Source of the DNA: Aplysia californica
Lineage: Eukaryota
Direction: 5' to 3'
DNA length: 60,363 nucleotides
Assembly (NCBI RefSeq): GCF_000002075.1
Contig: NW_004797391.1
Coordinates: forward strand, 923,674 to 984,036
The notes beneath the pieces were generated by a model that was given only the letters and a program-made list of their open reading frames with translations, was not told where the DNA came from and did no database searches. Below, piece after piece: positions 38,547 to 52,852 of the stretch (its first letter is position 1; every line of letters begins with the position of its first letter). The translations under genes and the position numbers were made by a program.

Positions 38547-40671
38547 TTTATATATAATATAGATATAGATATATATACATGTTATCTATATATATAAGGT
38601 TTGTACATGACTCCTCTTCATTTAGCCACATTTCCCACACCTATGCAGCACATAATAAATTAAAAACAATGAAAAGAAGCATTACACATACATCTACATC
38701 TGTGTGGATTTTTTGTGTTCATGGCCCCCAATAAAACTAGCAATGCCAGTAGACTGCAACCATGCTAAAAGCAACCTACTGCTACACAATATCGAAACAG
38801 CTATAGATTGATTGATAACAGATGACGAACTGGGTTCGTTTTTGTTATGTCTGAGAAATTTACATGTATCATTCAACATTCAGTTTCTTTGATATCAGTT
38901 CCCTAAAATTTGCCCCAAATTAACAATTTTCTGGCTTTTTCTCCTGTCCTTTTCAGGGGTCTAATTTTTGTTGATAGGAGCATAGAATATTTTCAGTTAA
39001 TTAGGCTTTTTTATCTTCTGAAGTGTGACAACTGAATTTGTACCTTTTCTTCGAGCGTATATAATCTCTTAGACTCTCCATGAAAGATAAACCATTAGTA
39101 AGAAAATGAATTTTAATACTTTTTTCGTTACTGTTTAATATCATCTCTTTGAGCGAGGCAGTTGAATTGCATTTTTAGTGAAGGTACATGATTTAGAATT
39201 TCTACTTAAATAAGCTGCATTAAAGAGGATCTGAATACACCATTGCTAGCTTTCATTTCTTTTTGTCCAATATCATCATGAAGAAAATACATTTTTTTTA
39301 AACCAACGTTTTCTTCCAATTGTTTTTTTCATTTGATTTTCATTAGTGCCTGAATTACTGTGTAAGTGTAAGACATTTGTTGGTGATTTAAGAGAAGACT
39401 GAGAAACGACGATGGTTTTCGTTTTGTTTTATTTTCTTACACTATTCTGACAGTGAGCAACATTTGTGCAAATAACAAATATCAAAATATAGTTTTGCAG
39501 ATATGTGGTGGAACAGATTGTAAGCATGGGCGAATCCAGTCCCAATATGACATAGATCTGAGAAAAAACAAGTCTTGAACAGAAGTAGTAAAATAAAAAT
39601 CAACACATTTTAGCCTGACTGGAAGCATGAATCCTGAGTTTAGTATAAAAGCAAAGACAGTTGCAGGAACTGTGGACTACAACATGGTGTGAGGTCAATA
39701 TATGTAACACATTAGTGGTTGAACAATCGTTGATGTTTTGCGGCTAAGTGCTGAAGCCAGGCACCGCTAGGACGTGGATAAATTTTTAAAATCTCTCTCG
39801 GCTCATATGAACCTTTCAACCCTTCTCATAAAGCAAGTCAACAGAAGTAAAAGTAAATGCATACTGTATAATAACAATATAATATATGTAGCAGAAACCA
39901 AAAGGAACAAAATATATGGGATGGACACAGGAAAACTGCAGTTTGTAGAAGCTCAGGGCTAAAATATACTGAAAAGTCTACTCTGACCAACAGATATGCT
40001 TGGACATAGGACACACAGAACATAACATTATAATATTAAACCACTATAAAGTTGTTCACAGTGAACCAACACAGACTGGGACATTCTCAAAGTTTGAGAA
40101 TATGAAGTAAGTGCTTTGTAAGCTCCAAGTACAAATGTTTCTCATAAAAATTTGTCGGTCAGAGCAGCATAACAATATGACATTCCCAAAATAAAGCAAT
40201 GAAAAATGAAAAATATCTACCTTGTTCAACATGTCAGTACCATTTGGGCAAGAAACCCACATCTTGTTATGGTATGTGTCATGGTAAGGGGTTAACCTCT
40301 CTTTCAACACTGCTAGTTACTACCGTACAACCTACAAGAATAGGATTGGGCCATTGGCATACATCTTGAAAATTCCCCACCAAACAACACCCCATTCTAG
40401 ATTTGAACTATCGTCAGCTGCACCATAGTCCAGCTTGATATCAAAATGGAGAAAACAGTAGCACTTCCATTTTTTCAGAATATAAAGAACCATTTCATCT
40501 CAAAATAACGAAATAAAGTACAGTACAAGTAGAGTACCAAAAACGGTCCTTATAAGAAATTAACCTGACCTACTATTCTAAGCACATCCAGTCAGGGTCT
40601 TCACTCTCAGTCAGGCCAATATATGGGTAGCCACAACGTAAAGCAAGAACAAAGACTTAAACTTATTTTAA

Positions 40672-42934
40672 CCCTATCCGTAAGCCTGGGGTCATTTTGT
40701 ACCCCCCGGGGTTGTATTCTTCACATTTTAGAATACTTCTAGAGTAAAGGCACTATTTGCGGCCGGCTGAACTATGTGGCTACTTTCCTTATATAAAGTA
40801 AATAACTCGGGTCTTGTTTCATTTTCCAAACGGAAACCAAGCTCCCATGATGCACTGGCATGAATCATACGTTCACAACAAAGAAGGTCTTGATAGGCAG
40901 CAAAGTTTGAGAGCGGGCAGTGGTTTGAAGGGTTTGGTCGATCAAAATATCCCAAAGTGAAAATTTGACAGGTGGCTTGTCTATGGTCATTACAAAGCTT
41001 TCTTATCATATTTGTATTCGATTATTTATAGGTTCATGTGTTTAAGTAATGAATAAATATCATGCGTAAACGTTTTAACATAAAGAAAACAAAAAAATGG
41101 ACCCAGGGAGGGGGTGGCCGCATAGTTATTCCCTTATTTTTTAAAAGGGACTTCTTGCGATCGGCGACATCCGCAAAAGGTCCACCCCTTTGGAGAAGGG
41201 GCATCATTGCTGGGATCAGTTGCTAACAGTGCCCATTTAACAGCAACTTAGCTTACATAAATGCACCCAGAAAGCCTGGTTTGTAGTTCTTGACTTTGAT
41301 GCGAATAGAAACCAATCAAGCCTGACTCCATCAGATTCGGTGCAGTCAGAAGAAACTTCCCTGTCACTTGTACCTCTTGACAGGGTGACCACCAGGCCCC
41401 GGGAATTTGAAAAAAATTGCCGAGACCCGGGAATGCCTCAGGAATTTGAGGAAATCTGTAATTTGCCCAGGGAATGAACCGGGAAAATACATTAAGTTCT
41501 CGAATATTTGAAAACCAAATCCGATAAGGTCGGTGTTCATTTTTGCCCGTAGTGATGGAGTTTATTAATTCTGCTTTTCCCGGTCTGATAACGCAACATT
41601 TGTGACATGCAGGTTGTGAATTATAAACACTGTGTTGCCATGAAAATAAATCAATAGATTCTATTTGTGACTGTGCTGTCACTAGTGAAAAAAAAGAAAA
41701 TCAAACATAGTCTGATTTTGAGCTTGTCGGGCTCACCAACGTGACCGGTCAGTGAACTTGCACAGGTTCGCATCACACGTCTTCATGTGGGTACCGGCAG
41801 ATGATGGGGACACGAAAAAAGTTCATTCAAAGTCTGAGCGTTGAAGAGTATGGGATTCTGGAGTGGGGGGGGGGGGGGAATTATTGGTTTTTAAAAAAAT
41901 TAAAGGTACACTGGGGTAATTTTTGAGGGTGTCTGTCAAAGTTGCTGGCAGTATTTACGCATTCATTGTTTGTTTTTTTAAGTCTGTCATAGTTTTTGAC
42001 AGAAATATTGTGTTAATGGTCATCAATGACAATGTAACAAGAGCGTCTCACCTTTTTCTCCCAAGACTTCTTTGTTTGTTACTTACTTGACCGAGTACTG
42101 AGTTGGTAGTTTCGTCTCTTTCGACAAAGGAAGGTCATATATAGACACGCCCCTCCGGCAATAAAACTCGGAAAAAATGAGGGGTTAAACGAGACTCAAA
42201 CCCGGGAACTTCAATAAATGAAGCGAGTGTCTTACCACTACGCTAGTAACCCCTGTTGTTTATTTTATAACACCCTACTGTACACAAATGGTCATTTCGA
42301 AGGCGGATCATTTGATTTCACAAGAGGACGTCGAGGGCAGGAGGGGGGGCCTCAATAAAAAACCAAAGCCCAAGAGTATCCCACTGTCAGGATTATTTTT
42401 TTTAGGTCAGTGGTATTCGAACCGTCAAAGACGACACCCCCCTGCCAGCATGGCTTCTTTAAAAAAAAACAACCACAGTACACTACAAAATCTTGTTGGA
42501 AGGTCCAGGCCGCATACATATCCCTATGTGATCGCATCACAGTTCCCTGGCTGCAGAATGTGTCCTTGATGACCGTGTAAAGGTGCCCTGATCGCAAACT
42601 GGTCCCTTCACATGGTATTTTAGAATGATCATCCTTCTTGGCAATATAGCCGAGAATGCTCTAGACCATTAACGTCTAGTGGCCAGATTATGTGCAAGTT
42701 TGCAGGCCAAAATTTTTTTAGTTATCTGTTTTGCTTTTAGAGGAAATTAAGTGAGAAATGGCCGCAAATAGTGCCTTTGCTCTAGTGGGAAGATGTCTTT
42801 GAAATCATTTTAACAGACTGCTATGCAAAGCATACGGATCGAATAAGTTCGAGTAAATTTCCTCGTTGGAAAGTGGTGGCACAGAGCTCCACACGTCGTA
42901 TGGTACGATAGTAAAACACCACGTACGGATAGGG
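40672..42934. mobile_element. Non-autonomous piggyBac-type element (~2.3 kb)
   Basis: TTAA|CCCTATCCGTA...TACGGATAGGG|TTAA, with a subterminal 25-bp inverted repeat (~40740-40764 / ~42760-42784). No transposase ORF. Confidence 0.85.
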
Positions 42935-43528
42935 TTAAGAAGGGAGACCCTCTATTAGACCTTAACTAAAAAAATAATATTTAAAGTCTCCGACCATCCT
43001 TTCCCTTCCCTAATTTGCCCTTGCACACATATTTTCATCCACCAATCCAGTGATTACTGGCCCAATTTAAAAAAAAAGATTGCTGCATACTTGCAAGGTA
43101 ATATGACAAGTTAAAAATAATGCTTGAAATAAAAACAAATCCTGAGAATAGCAAATCAAATTCTTCACAGCGATTGGGTGACTTTCATGTGATTGTCATT
43201 TTTCATCATACATTTTTCGGTTTAGTCAAGAACAAGATGAGTGTCCATATATGTATATAAGAAAATGCCACACTGTTTCTTTAGTAGACAGAGTAAGTGC
43301 TCTTATCCAGAAGACACCTGATTAATTGTTGTTGTCAGGCACTTTAAAGATCTGCTATGCAAGCATAACAGTGTACATGTCGTTGGTTGGTAGTTATTGT
43401 TGACGTGTGAGGCACAGAGAAATATATAACAATAAGCACCTGTTTAAGTTCAAAATCTCAATTGTTCTCATGCAATGGAAAAGCGGGGCCATTATTACAG
43501 ATCGATACACAGTGACTACAATTTAAAG

Positions 43529-43885
43529 TGGAGTGAAGGGTAATGAGGAGGCTGATAGGCTGGCAGGCAGTGCCATGGTTGATGGTGAGATGAAAGTTGA
43601 CGAAGGAGAAGTGCTGAAGACCCTGGAGGAAAAGTTGCAGGATGAGGAAGACAGAGAGACAGCTGAACATCACGCAATCATCAGAATGCGGGAAATGGGG
43701 ATTGAGAGGGCAGACGGAAGAAAGGAACGATTATCTGGAAAGGAAAGACGTCGCCATAATCAAACAGCCACTGGAACAATCAGTATGAATAATTGAATAC
43801 CTTACGGGCTTTGGTGCTGAGACGAACAGAGCACTTACGGACCTGTCCGGTGTGCAATAGCGTTGTTGCCCAGGACTGGTAACAG
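43529..43885 (+). mobile_element. LINE 3' fragment (RNase H C-terminal part + CxxC knuckle)
   Basis: GVKGNEEADRLA...HNQTATGTISM, then TCPVCN. Confidence 0.65.
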
Positions 43886-46800
43886 CCTAACAGGTACAAT
43901 TCAAAGTATTGATCAACTGATATTTGTATTTGTATCAAAATACTGTGAATGTAGTATTGCTTGAGAAATGGATAAATCAGATGGTATCAATATCGTACAA
44001 ACAACTAAAATTGTAGGTATACACATCAACTTTTAGGTGTATTACATTCTTCCTCATTGCAATTTTTAGTTCATTTGAGTATGCAGGAGTGTATCGAAAC
44101 AGTAACAGTCTTATAGTGTTGAAATAGAACAAAACAGACAAGCAGAATCAACTAATGGAAGGTAAATAAATAGGACCCACCATTTCACTTTCCTCACAAC
44201 TGATGATATTTCAAAAGTCACTATGTTTGGTGGACAGTGAGTGAGTGACATTTCCAAGGACATCCATTTCTGGTGCCATACATTTCAACCCATTGTTTGC
44301 ACAACTCAGATTAGGTGACAATATAAAGCAAAATAATACAAATCAGAAATACATATCAAGCCAAGCACAATAAAAGTAAAAGACCCCCCCCCCCTTTCTT
44401 TTTTCACAACACTTATAGTCCAAGTGTATAAAAGTACACTATGTGAAACTGAGGTGAGGTATACAAGGAAGGGGGCAAATGTATTAAAGTAAAAGTAAAA
44501 ACAGAGTATTAGGATTCACATCATAGGCAGCAATGAATGAGTGAGTGAGCATACAATTTTGTACACCTCCTTCAAACAGGTTAGAAACATACATATATAT
44601 ATATTGCTCGAATGACAAGCATAATTCATACAGCTCACAAGCTGTAAAAATGGTACAGTTAAAAGAGATTTTTAAAAAAAATCACAACCACTTGCAACAT
44701 CAAGCATCCAGTGTAATATTTGTCTTTGTTACCAGTATTTATAGTCCTGGCAGTATCAAACAGATGAAAGAATCGGACATAATATAAAGAAAGCGACACA
44801 AACTATGAGCAATGTGATAGTAGCTGCTCGAAGGAGGAAAAAAGCGACATGAAAGACACATAGCTAGACAGTGGAGATATGTTTGAATTTGAAGAAGGCA
44901 TGAAGAAAGGATTATTCTTTTAAAAAAGGATTAAACAAAGCATTTCTTTAGATCTATATTTACTACTGAGTCAAAATGTCTGTAAACTTAAAGACATTTT
45001 TATCAGAAGCAATAATGATCAACAACTCATGGTCAAAGCTAATGCATGTAAAAATCAGAAATATTCAACTGAGTATTCGAAGTTTATGAGCCTCATTAGG
45101 CCGACTTTGTTTTCAGGCAAGGGAGTTGAACACTCCTTACATTCTCTTAAAGAGGATTAACATCATTCATGAAGTACGGAAATCTCACATAACATGCACA
45201 GTTTATAGATCACATATAAAAGCAGTTTTGAGTCTCAGTGGAAAGGCAAGATATCAGTCTGACACAGGATCTGGAAAACTGTCATGTTCTGAAAACACTA
45301 ATAATTTACACTCTTGCACACATATAGTGAAATCTGCGGGACACCGCAGAAAGCATTTCATTACGTACAAATTTCACCGTGTATGTTTTTAAAAAATACA
45401 TAGGTCTCTATAACTATAATGTATTTATAGGAAAAAAATTTGGACCTGAAAATCTGTTCGCAGTGATGTGTGAGTCACTTTCACTATGTGCATGTTCATT
45501 ATGTGCATGCTAAACTGTATCTTCTAAGATAAGAATCCAGTATGCGATGTGAGAAGCAATACACAACTGCTCACATGCAACCCCCCCCCCCCTCCGAAAG
45601 AGCCCAATAAAAATATAAGTAAAAACATAGTTCCTCAAAACAAATGACAAACGAGGCCTTAGTGATCCCGAAATTCAAGAGGTGAAGTCTCATAAAGTGT
45701 CACAGACACACATACAAAATTAGACCATGTTTTTAGAGCATACTTTAACTTCAACAGCTACATGCAAACTATGCATGATGATACAGAAGATGCAAAATTA
45801 AAAATCCACAGTCAGCTATGACATGGAGCGTTGAATATATACATCTAAATCAGATTTTACAACAGAAATAATTTTTCTGAGCAATGTCAGAGAACTGGAA
45901 AAAAGATTGACAGAAATAATTTTTCTAAGTCATGGAAGAGAATTGGAAAAAAGACTAAGTCAAATATATAAATGGCATCAAAAGAGGTCAACAACTGGGT
46001 AAAACTTCAGCATACCAAAATGTTCAGAGTTCTAAATAAATCAGCAAAAGTTCAGCATATAACAAAAACTACAACATGATAAAGTTTTTTATACCGCTAC
46101 CTGTGTCTCTATCTTCATTTAATGTAAGCAATTATATAGTCCAAGTGTCTCTCCTCAAACAAATGACATTAGTCAGCTGAGCTCTTTGCAGCATGACATA
46201 TATATAGAGGCAGATCAGGAGAGAGAGCTTGAGTAAAAAGAAACACACCAACACAATAATGATTATTTTGTGCAGGTACAAGATAAGAAGGACAGAAGCA
46301 AGAAATGGGAAAGAAAAGAAGTAGGACTTATCAGTGGCCACCCACAAAGAGAGAGAGAGACAGAGAGAGAGAGAAAGAGGGGGGAGAGACACTGAAAGAG
46401 AGAGGGAAGAGAGAGAGAGAGGGGGAAGAGAGAGAAATAGAGAGCAGGCTATCAGTCCTCGGTACATTGTGTCCACGCATGTCTTTATAGTTTTAACACT
46501 AGCTACCTTGCATTTGGACCTACCAGAATATACTGACTGCACCGTTTTCTGTCATTGTTGTACACACAAGAACTACGGTACACTAATACACTTACACCAA
46601 CACTCATTTCATGGAATGCTTGCTGTCTAAAAGGAACTAAAAAGAGATCTGTGAAAGTAAATTAAGAAATCTAGATGCACAAAAACTTGTACAAATCTTC
46701 CACAATAAAAGAAATAATTTGTTCATGCATTGTGGTTATAACCTGGAATTGGTTTGGATCAATGGCACTATTCAGTAAACCTCTCATGTCCACAATATAA

Positions 46801-49734
46801 ACCTTTTGAATGAAAATTAAGTCAACAACTATCTAGGAAAGAAGTGACAACTTATGATGAAAGGTGTAAATCAGATGTATTTCACAGTATTGTGTGACCT
46901 GACTTCCATTCCTGGTGAGCTTCTGTGTTCAAGTCAAAAACTTGTATATTACAATATCCTAGAACAAGCAATGTCATGGCTGCCACTTTTGGCTCTTACT
47001 AAAACCTTCCCCGTGCAGGTGCACACAATTGGTGTGCAAATGGAGGGCAAAAAAACAGTCTCACTGTGTTAGGTAAAAAAACAAGTCTCAATATAGTCGA
47101 GTGCAAGCACAACCTTTCCCTCCTCCTTGCTCTTCATTTGGTTCCAAATAAAGTCAAATGGTGTGCTCTATAGAGAGCCATAATTATGTCAGTGTACACA
47201 ATCTTTGATATATTATAATATACAAGCCTATGACTCAAATGGTAGTACGTTCTACGATGACCTCAGTCTGTTTGACCACACATAAAAAAGCTCCAATAAA
47301 AAACCAGAGTGGTGTGTGGCCAACTCCACACTCCACTAATGTCAGGGGACTTCACACTTCTACATCAACATCCACCAGGAGACTTAGTAGGCCTACCACT
47401 TGAGGTGTAACACAGGAATATGGAGAGAGTACTGTGTCATTAAATAGTAAATGCCAAAGACAAAAGAAAACATTTTGACATGGGGTTCTGTGAAAACGGA
47501 ACATCTAGAAATGCTAAAGGTAGGACAACCGTGAACTGTGAGTAAAATCCATGGCAAACAAGTCACTGGTAGATTAATCGTTTCATCTGTTCTGTGCAGA
47601 TTTCAACAACCAATAAATCAGCAGCATATATAATATACCAGTAACATACATACATTAAAAAAACAGTTATGATTTGATTCAATCGCTTTTACCTTTGAAG
47701 AGCCAACTTTCGTTTTTTGATTTCATAACAAAGCAAAGAATTCTTTTTCATGAAGAAATAAAGACGAAATTTTTTTTTCCCCAGTGGAATGGAAGAGACA
47801 TTTGGCAGAACGTGTGTTGTACATTCCATTTTTTTCAAAAGGTTTATAGATCAACTCGCTGGGACCAGTGAGAACGTGGAAGAGAAAAGTAAGGACTATG
47901 CAAGGCTTTAACTTTAACGTCCCTATTACAGGGTTCCCACTCAACTGTAAAAATGAGAAAAAGCCAAGAATTTCATTTTCAGATTTCGCGTTCGGGAAAA
48001 AACCAAGAAAATAAATGATAATGACAATAACTGGGAGAAAGCCGGGAAACTGGAATCAGGAGTGTAGTCTATGTCACAACGCCATGAGCAGCTCTATAAC
48101 TTTTACTTCAACACACTCTGTGCAGAGAACCCTTGGAGTCATTCAGTATCACTATACCCTGTAAAAAAACATCAGTAGCACCAAGGCCAGAAGTAAGGCC
48201 AAGATTAATTTGACACGGTGCTAATAAATTCCAGCACTTTTGCGTTGTGCGGGGGAGGCTTAGGCAATTGAAAAAATGAAAATAAAAAAAGAAAACGGAT
48301 TTAGTTTGACACTTGAAACAATCAGATGCGTTACAAGGTAGGTTGTGTAGTAACGTACAACCAGGATCAAAGGTTTATGACTAATATGACGCATCCCTTA
48401 GATTTCTTTGGTTTTTATAAGAGTCAAGCCAACATCTAGTTAATTCAGTCCCTCCTCCCCCTCTCTTTTAAAGTAATTTTCCTAACTCGGCAAAAGCAAG
48501 CCTGTCGAGTCCTCTTTTATCACGCCTTTGTTTACGTTACAGTTATCCCACAACCCCTGTCCCTGACACCCTGGGAAAAGGGACTATCCATGGCCATATT
48601 ATTACTATTTTTATTTTGCACCTCTCTTCATGTCTTCGTCCCAGTTCATTGAAAAAATAGATATATTTGAAAATAATTACAAAATCTGGTTCATCGTCCA
48701 CCATGATACCAACAGAGTGCCAAAACTTGGAAGACACCAATCAAGAAATAACATAGGCTTAGATTTAGATAGAAAAATAACTAACATGTGCAAAAACAAT
48801 ACTGCAACTGACACATGTATAAAATAAAGTAATTGGACCAAACAAAAATTTTCACTTTGACTGCCAGTCAAGTTGTAGACAGCTATTACAATACAATCAA
48901 GACTTGAGCAAAAGAAGAAATAAATCTCAATAAGGCTCAGACTAAGCTGCAGCTCTCTAGAATTATTGCGTGACATCATCCATAAATGACTTAACCTTCG
49001 TTAGAGTTAGTCTAATTTGTCCAGTGTCGATTAGACCAAAGGGGCAACATTCATGTTATACCATAATAATATAATTAGTAGTAATATTTTTTTTCCAACA
49101 GAGAAAGGGTCAATGAAGTAATAGTATTCCACAAAAACAAGGTAAAAAGTACCTATTCACCCGCCAAAGTTTTGTGTAAATTATACAGAATCCAACAATA
49201 ATATAATATATATTTGTGCTGTAAATGTTTTACAGATAAATCCTCCAATACCAAAGGGTAATTAAAAAGTGTACAAGAACAAAAATGTAAGTAGAGAAAA
49301 ATGTCTTCCTTTTTTAAGATTGTCAGTGCATGTACAGTATGTAATGTATGTTGACTGCATTAGTAAATTTAATATATATATTTCTGAGCAATCAGTGTCA
49401 AAATGGAATTAATTAATTAGTCAAATCAACAGTACTACTGATGATGTATTAAAATGAAGTTTTTCTCTTACCATGGGTATTTGACAGCCCAACTTTAATA
49501 CAGTTTAAAAAAAATTCATCTTAAATGCTTGACGCCACATCATTCAGCATTGAAATTTTACTGATTACTCAATTAACTTCAACATTGAATAACAGCAGTT
49601 CAGAACATAACATTCAACTTTCTGACACAAGTTATCATGTGTGTCCATCGCAAAAAAAAATTGTCTGGTTAGTGTATGAAAAGCAGACAGCTGCTGATGT
49701 AAACGCACATGGCCTTGACGATCTTTGCATTTCA

Positions 49735-52700
49735 TCATGAAACGTAGTAATCAAACACATGGTGTTGTTTAGACAACTTGTAGGCTGCGTTGGAAAAAGT
49801 GACTCCGTTTTTGGTGGTAATTCCATTGCACTCGTGGACGTGACCAAACAGATGAAGCTTTGGCCTGTTAGAAACAAAGATTTAAAAAATTCAATTTACA
49901 AAATTTGTAACCGGTTACTAAAATTGGGAAACACTATAGAAGATAAACAGGAAGAAAAACCACAACTCCTGCGACCTGCAACTTCAGATCTAACATCTTT
50001 CTTATAACCTAAGGTGCACCGGCAGTGGAATTTTAGTTGCAGCAGGGGGGTCTCCACAGAGTGCTTTATCACGTCAGGGTCACGAGGGTCAGCTCCCTGT
50101 CGCCACTCTATCTGGGCTGATTTCATTTTTGGTACTTTTCAACATACAGTTTTAAGTGTTTCCCTGCATTTATGGTAATTATCATTTAATGCACCCAAAG
50201 CATGCTTTTCTGCTCTTGAGACCCAAAAAACAACGGACACTGTAATTTGTCTGGTTATTTCGTAAGACGCGTTGAAGTCGGCAATGCTAAATTGTAAAAT
50301 TTTCTGGACAAGTGTGAATGAAAAAAATCAGAATTAAAAAAAACGGCATGACAAAAACTGTCTAACTTTTGAAACATGAACGACATAACATTGGTGCAGA
50401 TACTCAGAAAAGATGGTATCTGCGCGTATAATAGGAAGCTATAAGTTTGCATCTTTATCCATCTGGCACACAATTCGCTGTGTAATGTAATCTGGAATAT
50501 TTGAATATTTTCTCTAAAGTTTATCTAAATTACCCTGATGTCTCTCTATGAAAAAGTACAAACCGATTTTATAGTGTCAGAATACATCTACAACAATCAA
50601 TGTAATACACGAACAGTAGGCTATCAGTTACACTCCATAAATTATTCCTTATTTTTCTTAAAACGCTAGATCAAGGTTTTGTAAGTTGAGGGAATAACAG
50701 GGATGACTTCTCGTAATTGTGTTATAAGAATAATTTCTAGCTTTCCAGTGACACTGAATCAGCACCAGGCTTTTCTAGCTTTTATTTTCGTTTCTATAAC
50801 CATTTGAAATAACTGACAATGTTCTGATTTCTTTACATTCATAAAAGTGTCTGCGCATATGTCCGACACAAAACCTAAGAATGAATGTTTTAGCTGTCAT
50901 TATTTTTATTCCATACAAGAAGTTCGTCTCTACCCATGTATTAACACAGGTTTGTGTTTTTTAAAAATCGCGTAATATATCTTTTTTAGTTGTATGCAGG
51001 CTGCCACAGACACAGCATGATTCAATAACAAACGCAGAGTAACTTTCTCTTGTTTAATGGTAGAACAAGAGCTAACGCTGGGTGTCTTAGGTTAAAAAAT
51101 GCAGATGTGCATCTTTCTTCTCTTATAACTTGATTATTACTACTCGCGCAGATTAAAAATTTCTCATAGTAAAAGACATGATATTCGTAGTCAGTTTAAC
51201 ACAGATTTTGGAGAGATCTGTCGTGCCGTTTTAAAATAAACAATCATTTATTCATAAGTATGTAACAAAAATAGGACAAATTGGGTACTCTACAAAACTT
51301 ATCTAGAACAAAAACCAAGGCACAGAAATGAGCCAATCTAACGCTGCATAAATCTCAAAGCATTGAGCTTTTAGTACATCCACTTAATGGTTTGCTGTGT
51401 GGAATGGGGAATAAGTTATATCGTTTCAAACATAGACAAAAATGCTAACTTCTTAACCGACACCCGAAAAGTCACTTCAGGGCTCATTAACCCCATGACC
51501 CCGAGCCGGGAGCTCCAGCAGGTTGCTGAGTCACGCTAACTAAAGGTAACAGAATCTGGCTAAAAGTGACGCTGTGAACCAAATCTTGAGCATGAGTGAT
51601 GGGTTTCTTTGGTTCTATAAAATATCTTAAAAGTCCATTATCATTTAATTTTTCTAGAGTACCGTATGATCTTTGAAAACACATCAAACGTATCCTTCAA
51701 ACATCGCTACATGTATAAAATCAAAGGACTAATGCTCACTTGATTCTGATCAAAACTTCTTCCCTGAGATGCCGGCAGCCCCAGTGACTGCGACCTGGAT
51801 GAATGATACCACAGGTACTGCAAGGGCCTTTTGGGAGGAGTCGATGGATGGCAGATGACAACTTGGGAACTTTTCTGGCCGTGAAGTCTGTGGCAAGGTC
51901 AAGAATACCATGAGGTGGAGTGTGAGTGATAAGTACATCGGTGCGGGAAGGGATTTCTCTCCAGTGAGCTGCAATACTTCTTGAGTGACGCTGAAATCCT
52001 GTTGCGTTAGTTGTCAAGCGAAAAGGCGTGTATGGAGCACCGTAAAAATGAATACCTTCGTAAGTGTAAGAGGAGTTGTAGAGATAAACAGCTGAAGTTA
52101 AACGTTCTTGCACTGAGAGGAGTTTCTTACCCTCTAAAGAAGCTTCATGATTCCCAGCTACAAATATTTTTACTTTGTGGGGAAACCTGTCGAAAAAGTC
52201 ATTCATTGCTTGAATAATTTCTTCGAAATTTTCAGAACGAAAAAGTCCGGGAGCTTTTGAATTCCAAGCAAAATCGCCAGAGTGAATGAGAACATCTCCA
52301 GGAGGAACACTGGTAGAGCTTGAGTGTGACCTTCTAAAACTACTAAGAAATGTTCCTCCTTTATGAAATGAGGAATCATTACTTTCACTTGCTTGCATTT
52401 GCAATCGAGCTGACGCTGACCTGGCAAAAGCATCTGCACCAGTTTCATCAATTATTTGGTTGGGGGAATCAATGCTGGTACTCCTGAGTATAGCAATGTT
52501 GCCACTTAATGGTCGAAGAGGTGTAAGAGTATTATGTGCATGGTGAGTATCAGAAATGTGAACAATCCTGACAATTTTTGTCGCAGAATTAGGACAGTTC
52601 ACATTCCCAATGGACATGACATCGTCATTCATTTCGCTGGGTAGGATTTCTGAAAAAAATAGAAAAAAACAAGGTTTGTTGAGACAATTGCAAAAAAGTC

Positions 52701-52805
52701 AAGGCTTCCAGAATAGAACACTAAAACAAAATATCATGAACAATATGAATTCACAAGAAAAAGTAAGTTGCTGAACATTCGAACTTTGTCTATGCTAATT
52801 GAACA

Positions 52806-52852
<47 letters not shown>

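Noticed and set aside
42185-42250. tRNA gene
   Set aside because: Only degenerate A/B-box-like sequence on the minus strand with no cloverleaf. It is better read as a SINE head remnant; a similar one lies at ~31075-31150.
45861-45958. ~48-bp tandem duplication as a regulatory element
   Set aside because: Two diverged copies in non-coding DNA, with no motif or structure to suggest function.
49732-49737. Tandem TGA TGA as selenocysteine or readthrough
   Set aside because: It falls at the expected domain end and I could identify no SECIS. An ordinary double stop is the simpler reading.
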